DNA of 45,132 nucleotides, filler included, from Sphacelaria rigidula (GCA_964200075.2; 2 parts of 2 records of this genome joined end to end with filler, not necessarily neighbours in it), one strand, 5' to 3'; counted from the whole stretch's first letter, positions 11,101 to 25,007 are shown. Notes: generated from the sequence alone by a model not told the origin. Numbers and translations: made by a program.

Positions 11101-14100
11101 CCCAACATAGTGTGAGGGGGCTTGCCGATCGCGAAACGCATCTTTGAGAGCGTGCCGTGACCCCGCTCCAGGAGGAAACGTGTACCCTCGTGAGTAACGT
11201 ATATGTCGTTTTCAATTTTCTCAACCGCGGTGCTACGGTGCCGTGCAGCGTGCCCGAACGTTATTGCGACGGATGTCGGAGAATCACTCAAAACGATGAT
11301 TCGGCAACTGAGCGTTTTGCGTTGGTGCCAAAGCACTTCGGAATAACGATGTGAGTGTATGCGTTCTTCCAGGATCCTACTCGCCCTGCTGAAGTCTACA
11401 CCCGATTCGACCGTGGACAGAGAGGGTGGAAGCTCGAAGGCTCACCCCAGCAGCGTTGCTTGCCACTCTGTACACGTTATTTCCGTGAAGGACCTTGACG
11501 TGGAACGGCGTGACCAGGAGCTCCAGCAACGATGGGCCGAGGCGACTCGACAGTCGAAGCACAAGTAAGACATGCATCAGGCACACGGCGGAAGAAGTTA
11601 TCAAGATTTCCTCGCCAGTAGCATCGCACATGAAAATTCAGGAAGAACTGCAGCCTCTGTTCGGTTCTTTTCCCCTCACAAAACCCCGGCGATTTATTTC
11701 AGAAATATATTAGAGTATCCCGTGGTCTCAAGGAACAAACCCATCTCTCCTCCAATACGGCACACGCCTTACATCTTGGCACGGGTCGGACGAATAAATG
11801 ATTCGTGCGGAAATTACTTGATTTTAGTGTAATTGATTCGTAACGTATATCGACAGTAGGATGGAACCCAGCGTACACAGCTGCCACGTTGATCCATGGC
11901 ACACACTTTCTCTGGCACGTACAATAGGAATGTCCAAGACAAACCGCAAGGTGAGTCGCGGTGAAGCTGATGGTTGGTGGCGGTTCCGTAATAAATTACC
12001 ACGTAGGAACGACAACCGTGCCTTCAGCGACAGCCTCGTCGGTACTGTCAGTACTGTTCATGGTGAAAAACAACTTGCGTGTCAAAGGACATACCCAAAC
12101 CGCATGCCTCCATCGGTCTACAGACTTTATGAAGCAAAGGATGACATCCCCCGAGGCAACACCAATAATCCGAACAACGAGCTCTAAATACTCTAATAAA
12201 GTATAAAAAACTTGGAAAGCGTGATGGCTAGATATGATGGAAAAACTATAAAAATGCGCTGTATACGAATCGGATCATATCCGCTAGCGAAGTGTTCGTT
12301 GAGTATGTCATCCACCAGCCGGTGCAGGTGAAGGGCTCCCATAGCGCTATTCCGCAGGGTTGGGGGGTACTCATTCATTGACCGCATGGCGCGCAGAACG
12401 CTATGTACGTTTTTCTATGGGATATTGCGTCCGTAATCCCTCCCTCGGTGCTTTCGACAGTCGTAGACAGTCGTAAACCATCGATGTTGCAGTAGATTTC
12501 AATGTCTTAGTTCGCGGTGGCGCAAAAAAGTGGTAGTCTATTTCATATCGTGTAACAATCCGAAAGCGGTGTACGGCATACGTTGGACTATTGCGTCAAC
12601 TCGGCAGAATGGACGATGTGCGGCGGTCACTTTTGGTGGAAAAGCAGGCTCTCAGCGCCGAGACCGAGCAAATTCGGGCCAAGATGGACTTTCAGGTGAT
12701 CTGTAGCAAACCTGTCTCTACCTTGAATTACTTTTGGCCTCTAGATATGGCCGCAGCGTGACGAGCCATACGCCTTCCTGTAGTACTTCTCCGGTAGGCA
12801 CTTGTTGATATGAAATGAACCTGTCACGTTTTCGCGAACACGTTGTAGTACGTATGCCCTGCGTAAGATTGTCATACTGTTCATGTGAGGAATTGTTCGC
12901 ACCTCCAGATAGGGCATCGTCCACCGGCAGCGGTAACCGTTTCGCGGCGCCACTGTCGGGAAGCTGACACCATAGCGACGGTTCTCTGGAATTTCAGGTG
13001 GATGAGAGGGTTCGAGAGGCGGTGGATGCGTACCAGCGACGCGAGAAAAAACTCGAGGAAGACCTTGATGCCCTCAGGTTAGACGTACTAGAGCATGTGT
13101 TGCAGTGGTACGTGTACATGCCAGAGATGGAGAGTGCTGAACCCGCGTTCAGGATCCGTGAATCGTGCGTTGATCAGGGTGAATGGGCAAGATGCTGATT
13201 TTATGATGGGCACACCTTTCGTGGGGAAATCCTTTCATCATTTGCCTCGCACCGCGAAATGATGAAGTCATGGAGTGATGTTGAGCGGGTGTCACTTTTT
13301 TCGTTTTTCACATCCTCGCACGGCTCGTCGTAGAGGGGGTCACGCACTTCTACATACTTTTTTCCCATGGGGACTGAGTGGTTCCATCTTTACGCCAGCC
13401 ACCTTGGGTAAACACGCACATGCAATCACGCTTAAGGTCGTGAGGACTGTTGTTCAAGGTTTGCTTAGTCCGTCTTTCCCTCCTTTTTGCTCCATGTGTA
13501 CTCCAACAGGAGGATAGGTGAAAAATACAAAGGAAAGCTAGCCCAGGCTAACAAAGATATGGCCGCCGCCAAAGCAGCTAGCAACGCAAGGTAGGCGCCT
13601 CTAGCTTCCATGAGACTCATTCACCGCCATAGGTGCTGGAAACGTTCATGGACGGCAACGTGCGATATTTGAACCATGTAACTGGCGCAATTTACTGACG
13701 CCAGGGTTACCGAGAGATGCTGATTAACGTCGTTGATTGCGTAGGTGTCACCTACTTAACGTGAAGAGATCACTGTCACTGAAAGTGCGGCATACGGGGC
13801 GCACTGAAGTAACTGTACACCAATATACCCCGGAGACTCGCGGTGCATAAACTTGCATGTGATAAACCCAACAGTGTCGAAAGGAGTGAAGAGCACAATC
13901 CTTGAGGTGCCACTCGAGTATGCGTTCTGGATCGTAATCATACGGCCGATCGTCTTGCAAACAGATTAGAACAGTGAGTACCTACTATACTCATCGGACA
14001 ATGTAAACCTGTCACCCGCAACATGTTACATGAAGACTGCCCGCATCAACTTGTGCTGCCAGGGTAGCATCAGAGGAGGATGCCCGCCGCAGCGACCTCT

Positions 14101-17100
14101 TCAAACAGATCGAGAAGCTGAGTCAGACTCTGCAAGAGGTAGGGAATGTTTGACGAGCTCGCAAGCCAGAGTTGGATACAATCAGCATGGGTGTTTACGC
14201 AAACGAGATGTAGCGGACGGTGCGCTTCAGTACACGATATGCCTACAGTATGACTTGTATTGCGGGGAGTGATTTCGGTGGGTGTGATGCCGTGATGCTT
14301 TTGTACAATTGGTTCGCAGACGCCGGCCGCTGCTGTTGCTCCGCAGGTGAACCTTCCCTCTTTCTGTTCACACCATCTCGGTCGTGAGATCGCTCAAAAT
14401 CTGCCGAAAGTGTAGGGATTTTGCGTTTGATTGCGATATCTCTTACATCGACCATCCCACTACTTCAAGGGTCGGACAAATCAATGATTCGTCTGGAAAT
14501 TACTTGGTTTAGTGTAAGTGATTCGAATCGCACGAATCAATCAATCCCTGGGCTTTGTTTTCAGCGTTGCAATCCAGGTACACGTAGCCTAGACACGTGG
14601 AATAGCGCAAAAGTTGCGTGGATACCCCTCGGACCAGCGGTCAACTTTTCTCTCCCTTTTGGGCAACCAGGCCGAAGAAATCGTGGGTTTGATGATTCGA
14701 ACCCGTGATGATTCGTCCTAACCGTACACTAGTTCAAATAGTCAAATGCTGCGTACTGTTGTACTGTACCGTGCATGCGCGATACAAAGACGATCTACCG
14801 ACGCAGCAGCACCGCGGCATGCCAACTTTGTCGCTATCGTGGGATGCTTGCTTCCATGGACCTACAAAAGAAGTACGTGTTAATTGTAGTGGGAGAGTCT
14901 TCACCCAATCTTGTGCTGCGCTGTCGCTCCCTGCAATAAGGCGGAAGCCCGATCGGACGCTCTCGCTGCTGACCTGACGGAAAAGAACAAGCTCATCTAC
15001 ACCTTGCCGGAACTGCAGCGAGCCACCGCAGATGTGAGTACTCTACTAGTGAGGTGCCATGCGTGTCCGAAGGTCTGCTTGCCGGGCATCCGTTTGTTCT
15101 GACAGCTTCAGTTGTGTTCGCATTCAGGTGGGATGCGCAGTTGCTGTGCCAAGTCTGCGCTCCGTGAGCATGTTTTCTCGGTGACGACCCCTCAACAACT
15201 CTTGCGGCATGCGGCACGGATATGCACTCCCTGATATACTGTATATATACGTTTGGCAGGCGAGGGAAGGATTACGCTCGGCAAATAATCGCTTCGACCA
15301 GGAGGTGATGCGCATGAACGCTGATGTGATCAATGCAGAAGGTGCCCTAGAGAAGCAAACAATGGAGTGCAAGTGAGCAATCATTTTCAGCATGCCATGG
15401 CAATGTTACATGCTCAGGGGATTGGTAATTTTTCATTCATAATTCAAGGTGTGGGCTATTTGATATCGTTACAAGCCCCAAACAAAATAACATCGCCACC
15501 ACTTGTCTTGGACAACATGGATCATCTCACTGAGAGGAATCTAGCTAACTTGTCCGATTAGCTTGGCTCCCCGGTCACGAGAGCGTAATCTCAAAGAGAA
15601 TCCATCCGAAAATGTATAGTTGTTGGAATTTTTCACTGGCCGCTTCCGGTTAGATTTTATTTCCTGACCGCTGTCGCAAACTCGGAGCCTAGGGAATCGG
15701 ACAAGTGAGTTAGACTCCTCACACTGACGTGATGAAATCTGCCCAAGACATGTGATAGCGGTATTTCTGTTTTGGGATCAAAAACGATATCGAGTAGCCC
15801 AGACGTAAACGCCTGAAACGAGAAAAGCTCAGCCCCCCAAGATGTGCTCGCACTTGACATGCAATCTGCCAAGGACGTGTTTTGTTCATATGGGCTGCAT
15901 TTCTCTACTACGGTGGTCACAAACACTCACCAACACTCACCAACACCCACCGGCCCACACATGGTGGTTCATGCCTGCGTGTTCACACAGAAAACTGGAG
16001 TCTACTCTCGATGATGCCGAAGCTCGGGTGTTGAAAGCGGAGACACTGGCTGCGGCCGAACGGAAAGAGGTTGGTTTCACGTACTGTGTTTCACTTTGTT
16101 GCTGCTGGAACACGGTAGAATTTCTCTGCCAAGGGTTTGCTACCGTCTTGACTTTGATATTGTTTGATATTGGCAGGTAGCCACCGCTGGCTCACGCAGT
16201 CTGCGTTCGTATGTGGTCAATCATCCCCTCGGTTTGTTGAGACTGTCGACCAAGTGCATGTTGATCAGGGAGAAATATAAGCATACCAAATGCAAGTCGA
16301 GCGTTAGGATTGTCAGTTTCTCCGAAACGAAATATCACCTTCACCCCAACCGAAATGCCGTTGTCTCCCCCCCCGGCACTCCGGGAGGAAAGATTCGACT
16401 TTCAGAATAAAAGAGACCATATTTGATGAAGTAGGCATTGCCTCAACATTGAAACCAGGTGATGTTCGTAGCTACATGTTGACGCCAAGCAACCACAATT
16501 ACTGAGGTCCAGTCGTTACCGATACCACACCAGAGCCGAGTAGTTACAGATATCACACCTGGACCAAGTTGCTTTTCACACCGCGGCCCTTGAGTACCTT
16601 CCCCACCGTGCAAGATTTATCACTTTGTGCGCGATTCAAGTCAGGAGGCACCAAGCACTGGAGGACAGCACTACGAATCTAAGGAGGCACGAAATTCGCT
16701 GGATACCACCGTTCCCCATTTCCCAAGACCTTCTTCCCCCAAATTCATCAAATGTCAAGTCGATTTCATATTACGGGTACGCTTGCCTCCACCATTCGTT
16801 GCCTTGAAAGAAATTGCACTCTAGGATTCCCACGGTCCCGTTCGCAAAGCTCTCTCATGGTCTCATGGTCTCATGGTCCAATGGTATACTATCGGCTTTA
16901 TCAACGACCACTGTCCTGAGCATTATTACACATATCACCGTTGTCGTTGTGGCAGGTGGTGCGCCTGTCAGAGGTAGCTTGTAGCACAGAGGCGTTGCTT
17001 ACCGAATCTCGATCTAAGGTGGAAGCCTTGAGCCGCCAGCTGAAGTACGCTCAACAGAGCTTGAATGCTTCGGAGGGGTTGGAACAAGACTTGAAGCGCC

Positions 17101-18806
17101 TGGGACGAGAGGCCGCGGAAATGAACGAAGAAGCAGACCGTAAATTGGCAGAGAAGCAGGTGTTACACCAATCGAGTTGTGTACATCATGGGTGGATTGT
17201 TCTCCTCAACGTCTTCACGTTTCCTTTGAGACTGTATTATCTCTGTGGTAGGTACACTTGGCGACACACGAAAACGGTGTCCCAGATCACTACGAAAACT
17301 GGAAATACTTGATAGATCCATTTCTCATCTGATACGTGACTTGCTTCCAGTTAGCTTCATCGATAGAAAGAGAGCAAGATCAACCCCGAAAGTCCGCGTT
17401 GCAACATATGAACTGCAGCGGGACAGACGAACGAGAACACCTTCAAGACACCAACACAATATATGATGTCTCACAATGCGAATCTTCCCTCGCCAAGGCC
17501 TTGCCTGATTCATATCGTGATTGTTACCTTAGATTCTTCTAGTAACAAGTGTACTGAAGCAGGAAGCATTCAAACAACAGCATTGCTGTTGGGTGATGGC
17601 AAATGAACCAGCATCGTGTTGTCTGTGCCGTGGGCACATGCAGTATGCAAGGCAGCAAGACAGCAAGCCTCCAATCGTGCCTGAGTCTTGACGTGTTAAT
17701 CACTACTTTAATGCGCGTCATATGTACTACACACCCGCACTTGCACGCGGGCTTGTTCGGCTCGTCGCTCATCCAGCAAGAGATCGAGTTGTGTCGAGAG
17801 CGGCTGGAAGAGGTCGATGCGGAGACGAGACACCTCAAGGGGAGCCTGGCAGAAGCGGAAGCACGTGCGCATCAGCAGAAGGTATGCCTACTAGCACGTA
17901 TCTCTATTACGCATTTATCGTGCGGAGGAGATAAACGGTTTGGGTTACCCCGCCGCGTCAAGCAGTTTCTTCGGATTTTTATACGCAGTCTGCGCACTCT
18001 TCTTGAGATGATAAAGATATGTGCTGCCATGTGTACCCTGCCGTGACTTCGTCGTCTGCAGGACGCTGCAGATCGTTATATGGAGCGAATTTCTTCTCTG
18101 GAGGGCGCTTTGCTGGAGGGAAGGGCTGCCTTAGCCTCGGTAGAGACCAGCAGATCTGCTGTCGCACTGGAGTTGGCCGATGCAAAAGAGGTGGTCGTGA
18201 TAATGGGGCAGCAAAAAGAGGAGATGGCGGAAGCCAAAGTCAGAGAGGAGGCGCTGCGGGTAGAAATTGACGCAATCAACAAAACCCTTCAGGTGAACGA
18301 ACGAAAGGGCGCGCAAACCAAGGCCTAGCTTCACGACTTCGCCTGGAAACAGGAAGTGCTAAAACAGCCATCGCGGAATGCTTGAGCAACCGAATACGAC
18401 TGCGTGCTTCGAAAAACCACACGCCTTTCCGTTACTGTGGTGCAGCATGCAGCAGGAGTTTGGTAGAAGTGTAGATGCAAATGCGTCTGGCGGGTAAGTA
18501 AAGATTGTACTAGAAATGTACTCAATTCACATGAACTCTCTCATGTTTCACGTGATGAACGGAGCAACCCGGATGGAGACTCGATTTTTCCACCTATTGA
18601 AATGGAATGGACGATGGGTTATGCAATAGGGCGCAGAGACGGTGATGGAAAGAGAGCGCCGGACGTGGGGAGAGACGAAAGTCGATATGCAAAAGCAAGT
18701 GGAAGGGGCCGAGAGGAGGTGCGAGAGTATGCAAACTTTCGCCAATGGCTTGCAAGAGCAGCATAGAGACATGGGGCATCGTTATCAGCAGGTGCGACAC
18801 CGTTAG
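8116..18806 (+). CDS. Multi-exon gene B: WW-like motif, Pro-rich linker and long coiled-coil protein
   Basis: Phase-consistent GT-AG exon chain: 8116-8168 (GWVQLKDDDSGHPYYCDQ), 8922-9040, 9429-9506, 9813-9948, 10276-10441, 10761-10843, 11491-11564, 12608-12695, 12998-13077, 13510-13590, 14063-14138, 14941-15033, 15260-15372, 15991-16069, 16956-17159, 17777-17881, 18062-18292, 18630-18791. From 9813 on, the exons encode E/K/R/L/A-rich helical sequence almost free of Pro. Start not found. The end is either read-through to TAG at 18804-18806 or further exons. Joins upstream of 9813 are less certain. Confidence 0.85.
11780..11850 (+). mobile_element. Partial copy (one end) of hAT-type MITE family 1
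   Basis: CACGGGTCGGACGAATAAATGATTCGTGCGGAAATTACTTGATTTTAGTGTAATTGATTCG matches the left end of the 14466 element and then diverges. Confidence 0.65.
14466..14726 (+). mobile_element. hAT-type MITE family 1, complete copy in an intron of gene B
   Basis: Imperfect TIRs CAAGGGTCGGACAAATCA / TGATTCGTCCTAACCGTA. Flanking 8-mers CACTACTT (14458-14465) and CACTAGTT (14727-14734). A full-length reverse copy lies at 25753-26009. Confidence 0.85.
16852..16878. repeat. (TCTCATGG)x3 tandem repeat
   Basis: Read directly from the sequence. Confidence 0.85.
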
Positions 18807-19410
18807 GTATCTATGGATACCGGACGACAATTATCGTACGGGTGCGATTGCTATGAAGCTACACACGCGAAATACGTGGTGAGATCGAGTCCTGCAGGAT
18901 ACACCTGCGTACTTGTAGCCTGCCATTGGCTGTATACTCCTTTCGTCCGAGAGAGGCGTATCGTGATGTTCAAGCTACCGTATGGTCGTCGCGTTTGAGA
19001 TCACTAGCAACCAGGCACATCACACTGGCGCCCGCATGCTAGCCACGTTTCTTGCTTCCTGCCTGTATGCACTTGAAGTGCTCCAACGCATGCTTATAGT
19101 TTATGAGATGCGTACGCGAGAAGATGAAAATATTGGTGATGTTTCGCACTAAATGAGGGAGGTATTAGCGGTACCATGTGTGCGACCAATAAACACCGGG
19201 GTAAACAACTTATGCCTCTTACGGGCGACATATGCGAGGTTTCCGCCCCGTTTGCCCATCAGCATGCTGAGCGGCTGCGCTTACTTCGCAACCGGTAGCC
19301 ACCTGTGTCACTAATCGCGCCACTCTCCAAATTAGACGTGTTTTTGACGTGTAACGTATCATTCTGCAGCATTGTTCTCATCGGAGCACGGCCAAATGAC
19401 TGGTTCACGT

Positions 19411-19700
19411 CATTGAATGATTGCCGCACATCAACTGACCCCCATGGGACGTATTGAGGTCAACACTGTCAACACTGTGGTAACGAGCTAGGAGTGTCTT
19501 GCTCAAGGAAAACACAAGGAAAGCACTCGCTGACGAAGAAAAATGATAAACAAACAAGAAGATAGGATAACGGAGTGTACCGGGGAAAACGGAAAAAACA
19601 GACGAGACAGATATAAGGAAGAAACGTCGTGTTTCAATGCCTCCCTTACAAAATGAGTGCGTATAAATTGCACAAAGGTACGAAGGCATGATGAAGAGCA
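19411..19700 (-). mobile_element. LINE-like retroelement 3' end, copy 2
   Basis: Minus-strand pyrimidine-rich tract ending GGGGGTCAGTTGATGTGCGGCAATCATTCAATG, near-identical to the terminus at 43086. Confidence 0.6.
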
Positions 19701-21839
19701 CAATGTATGCGGTCTAGGATGGCGAAATGCGCAGCGTAAGTAGAGGTGTATACGTGAAATAAACGTCTACGCCCAGCACGCACAGAACGATGTCTACAGA
19801 GATCCATACAACACCGTGGGCATGTCCTCCCAATGACATCCAGCTGGTTCCACCAACAGAAGTTTTAAACGACACCGCGACTATTCTCAATAACCACAGA
19901 AGCGAAGCTCAGATCCTACAAGCGTTGGACACAGCGACCTGATACTGAAATCAAGACGACACAGCACCCTTGTGCCTTGTCTGAACTGGCAACCCCCGTG
20001 CGATCCATGCCGAAACAAGTAATGGCACTCTCGAGCTACTGTATTGTAAATGCAGACGCGTCGATTCCACTCGTACCAGAGTTTTGGTCATATGTCATTG
20101 CTGGAAGCCGTGGAGCTACAAAATTTATGTGCCCTGGGTGATTGCAAACATAACGATTTTTTGTTCCCATTTTCCAATCTGCGCCACATCCCGCGTAAAA
20201 CCACTTTCAAAGCTTTGAAATAAGACACATACGTCAAGTTGTTTAGATATTCTGTTTTCTCACTTTCCCCGTCTTTTGTGGAGGCCATATGTCTTCTTGT
20301 TGTTTTTCACGTGCGAAATAGCATTTGCATCGCCGCAATGAAGCACCCATGACTACGGATCGCTCTAGATGCGGTCGAAGAATACGTCCATGTTCCCGTT
20401 TTCGACCAACCCTCGCTGCTCGAGGAAATTCACACCAAAGATCTCGGGGTACTACATACATGAAGAACTGTGGTAAGAAATTGCGTCAATTGTTTCGTTC
20501 TTACCTCCTGTCAGCGAGTCACCGTTCGAATTCTGACCCGAGGTTTTACACGTACTTCGATCAACATTCGAACTACTGGAAGGTGAAATCTTGCCGGGTT
20601 TTTCTCCACCTCTCATTGCATCATATTCCACATGACGACTTTGGGGAGTGCCGGGGTAGACCTAGTATCATCAAGAACCAGGATGCCTTGAAGTTAGGGG
20701 AAGTAAAACAAAAGAAGACTTATCGACGTTTATATTGTTTTTGCACTGTAGGACATGTGTACAGGATGGTTCCAGCAAGAGGAATGAGAACGCGTCGCCG
20801 GGATTTCTTTGCGACCTTGACAGCTATGATTTAAATTTTTTGCACATCCCTCGTGGAAACAAAGCGAAACTAAACTATGTTTTCAATGGAAAACAAAAAT
20901 TTCACGCTTGAAGCAAGCAATATGCCGAAGTATTATCCATACGAAACGGAAAAAATCAAAATGCTCACTCTCGATGCAAGAGATTAAAGTAGTTCGTTGG
21001 TAGCGAAAGTAGTTAGCCAATTTGACTATCGCTCATTGTTTTTTCATGAGTTATGATATGAACATTGCAACCACGTGGGCATGCAACATACTATTACTTT
21101 TCCCACTTGCTTATGTTTTCGTGCATCCAACATCAAGCTTTCCAGGGTGATCGTTTTTTTGTTGAAACAGCATGAATTCACCTAAATGTGGAACTATCTC
21201 GAGCTCAGAGTAAAAAATACAGAAGAAGTCACAACCACGGCCTAGATAGTATGAATGCGCACAAGTGTGCCAAAGTTCACATCCTAACCCGTAGAAGTGA
21301 TCGGGGAGAAAGCAAAAGTACATTGCTTCGAGAGCAACGCTGCTGCTGATGCTGCTGCTGATGTAGTAAGCCATTTTCCCACCAAGGTGTTTCTCCGTAG
21401 ATTTGATAAGTTTGGGCTTGAAATCGATACACAAACACACTTGTGGAACGAAAATACAGGCAACGGCAGACTTCAAAAAGTTTCATTCTTGCCAATTAAA
21501 TCGACGTGTTCGTTCATTCAAGTTGTGAAAAACGTTGAGAAACCGTTAAATACTAGAGTATCTCGAATCTAGGGTCGAAAATGAGTATCACTCACGATCC
21601 TTGAATCTGGAGTGCGCACACGTGTGTAGATTTTTCAACCATAACTCGTAACTTATAACTCGTGATACCCATATGAAAAGAGACGGAAACGTAATGTCAG
21701 CTTGTGAAGTATGACGAGTATGTGTATAAACCGTCATGAAACGGCTGCTTCTGCGTTACATTCGATGTTTCCTAGTGAAGCAGCAAGCCGCTGCGTATAT
21801 GCGGCCACGGTCTCATTTTTTTTTTTGCTGCTGTATCTC

Positions 21840-21904
21840 ATCACCACAACATATATCACCACAATATATATCACCACCTATCACTAGTTATCACTAGTTA
21901 TCAC
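21840..21904. repeat. Short tandem repeats (ATCACCACAA-type x2, TATCACTAGT x2.5)
   Basis: Read directly from the sequence. Confidence 0.75.
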
Positions 21905-22456
21905 GATCAAACAAACCGGGGTGCTCAACCATAGCTCTATGCATGTTACTCGCGGATCCGAGAGAAGTGTAGGCGATACTTCTCCTTGTCAATACTGGGA
22001 CGAGCCTGTATGTGCTCTCACGTCACCCCTAATTATTCATCCGGGGGTACCCGACAGTGAATATAGAACTGCGACTTCTACTGTAGAACCAGCTTGTCGT
22101 GTAGTGTGTAGTGTGTAGTGGGTAGAAACAGCTTGGAGCGTTTCTCTGAGTGGGAGCACTAGAGCAATAGCACGCGGAGTGGTAAGGCTTTTCACGCGCA
22201 AGGCAAGCTTTCACATGGTCATATTTGATTCTGACGGCAATAGTGAAAATGTGACGTGAACGTTTTCCAAGGGGAAAGGCACACGTTTTTGTGGGGGGGC
22301 ATATGCAAGCTGCTGGATATTTGTAAAATGTCCCAACTCCAAGGCTTTTCCAAACCGTAACTCCGTTGTGCCCAACCGTAACGAAAACTTGGTTACACGA
22401 CACTCTTTTTTAAATCCGAAGAGTCTCCCTACGATAGCCCCCCCCCCCCCAAAAGA

Positions 22457-22683
22457 TGCTCCGTCTCGAAAGGGATGCGTGGTCAATGGTCATACGACGA
22501 ATGCAAGCAACAAAGAAAAANNNNNNNNNNNNNNNNNNNNNNNNNNNNNNNNNNNNNNNNNNNNTTAATTAATTAANNNNNNNNNNNNNNNNNNNNNNNN
22601 NNNNNNNNNNNNNNNNNNNNCCCCCCCCCCTACCACAACACGTAAGTTTTTTGATTATGGTAGTTGAGCTGTGATAAATGAGG

Positions 22684-22730
<47 letters not shown>

Positions 22731-22791
22731 TCATTTTTGGTGTCCCTTATTCTTTTGTAAATTCACCACGTATCCCTTTCGAGACGGAGCA
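22457..22791. mobile_element. MITE-like element with 31-bp inverted repeats, spanning an assembly gap
   Basis: TGCTCCGTCTCGAAAGGGATGCGTGGTCAAT (22457-22487) is inverted at 22761-22791 (29/31 match). A third copy of the motif is at ~26376-26408. Confidence 0.65.
22521..22620. other. Assembly gap with an artificial six-frame stop linker
   Basis: N-run containing TTAATTAATTAA (22565-22576). Further N-runs at 22959-22968 and 25075-25083 sit next to homopolymers. Confidence 0.95.
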
Positions 22792-23370
22792 CCGTTCCTA
22801 CCCCTAATGGAGACATCTCCAACATTTACGTGCTCATTACCTTTCTTTCATACATTCCACAAAACCTTGGGGGGGGGGGGGGGGGAGGGGGGGGGAGGGG
22901 TTTAAACAAAAAAATAGAAGGTTGGTTTCGGTGGGGGTTTTTCCCCACAAAAAAAAAGNNNNNNNNNNCGTCTTTTCAGCTGTTTTTTCTTCTTTCGGCG
23001 AGCCGGTGGCCGGGGGGGGTGGGGGGGGGGGGGGGGGGGAGGGGGGGGAAGGAGTTTTGACAAAAATATTGAAGGTTGCTTTCGGTAGGGTATTTACCCT
23101 ATACAAAAAGAGGAATTACAAAAGTATACCTACCAGAGTAAATTCCATATCTGAGTCTTCGGAACAGGGCTCGATAGTCTGCCAAACTCTATGCCGGACT
23201 GTGGGGTACACATTCCAGTATGATTCGGTATGGCGACCAAAAATTCTTCGCGTTTTCGGGTATACCCCACACAAAACAGACCTTGGATTCCATCACCACG
23301 AGTAGAGAGGAAGGAGTAGGGCAAAGTTACCTCGTACAGCCCACAGTATCTGAATGTCTGCTTGACTCAC

Positions 23371-24976
23371 CTTGTGCTGCTCCGATGAAACCTTCTTGCT
23401 GTTGAGAATCTCCTCCCCCTTCTGTACGAACTCATCCGCTGCTTTTGACACAGGCTCTCCGTCCTGGTTTGTTTTTTGCAAGTCGACCACGATGCGAAAA
23501 AAAGACAGGAAATAACAGCAAGAAACAAATTATGGGAAAGAGTAATCAGAAAAAAGACATCATCACTGTTTGGATGATGGTTCTCCCACCACCACCGTCA
23601 CCATAATCATATGATTGGCATTGTCATGCCGTTAGTAGGGGAAAAAAAAGGAGAGTCATACCACGATACGGGGTCGATACGGGTATTTTGAACCATTTCT
23701 TCCCCAAAATTCCACTTCAAATCTTGGTTGAAAGCAGCAAGAGTTGGTCAAAACGCGCTTGTTGCCAATAAATTACGCCCGATCACGAACTGATCGACAC
23801 CGTCTTCATCCACATACGAACGCACTCCAGGTATTTTCAGGTCTCCTGACAGACGTGTGAGCCCTTTCCTTCGTGGAAGCAAATCTCTCCCCCCCCCCCC
23901 TCTCCCCCCCTCACATTGTAGCATGACTCTGAAAGGAAAAAATGTGAAGATCATTGAATGTTCATCCGCCGTCATGATCTATGTGCACGTTTGTGACAAG
24001 GCCAAGCAATAACCTTTCTTCGAAAAAACGAAATAATTATCGAAAAAATCATAAGCATCATATTGAGAAAATAATTTTTATCATACGTAACGGGATTTCT
24101 CAACTTCCAACAAAGAAAAACGCTGCCTTATTATATTCTACTTGACCCTGTGACCGCGAACATAGGTCGCCTGCTGAAACATCATCACTTTGCACTCCAA
24201 TAATTAGCGCATGACCAGATCACCCACCCTCGCGATAAAAAAGGATTCAAGTCCGGCACGGATTTCTTCTTTTAACCAAACCAAACCACTGACTCGGGTA
24301 TCACCAAACCGTGTTTTCATGGCGCATTGCATCTTTGTTCATGCCGACATCATCCACGAAGATCACACCCAGGTGTCATTACACCAACACCAACAACAGG
24401 CTTTCAAACCTTTTGGCACGCTTCGAATCATTACGAATCAACCTCACGCACACTTCGCTACCATTTGACCGCCAGAGTCGCGGGTCATCTGGGCCATGGG
24501 CCATACTGTTTCGAGTAGAATCTGCTTCGAACCGATCGGAAACACAATAAAAAATCATCACAAACACGATGCAGGTTAGTCCGAGTTAGGCTACATTATA
24601 TTCATGGTTGACACATTTCTACAACCATCACTGATCTTGATCGTAACCCAAGGCATACCGAGAACTCTCGGGCAAAAGAGGTGCAAAGGGCTCCCCGGTT
24701 CAAGTGTGGTGTTGGTAGTGGTGGAATCGGCGCCTATAGCGCCGATTTGGACGCAAATGCGTTTTGCGCACGCTGAAAGCACACAGGTCTGTCGAGCCTC
24801 ACTCGAGATCCGATTCTCGTTCCTCACACTCATCTCAAATAGTATCAACCATGAGCAAATTGTGGCCCAACTCGGGTTATAACCCTTAGACAGCGAGCAT
24901 CGCCTCGGAACAGTTTCACAGGTGTACAGTCCAGAGACATCCGAGGGTTTCCAGTGGTCGTGGGGAAGTGGATTTC

Positions 24977-25007
<31 letters not shown>

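Noticed and set aside
22565..22576. Perfect palindrome TTAATTAATTAA
   Set aside because: It sits inside an N-run and gives stops in all six frames, so it is a scaffolding linker.
24310..24375. Minus-strand peptide VIFVDDVGMN resembling a sulfatase N-terminal motif
   Set aside because: A stop follows shortly and I found no CxPxR sulfatase signature in nearby exon candidates.
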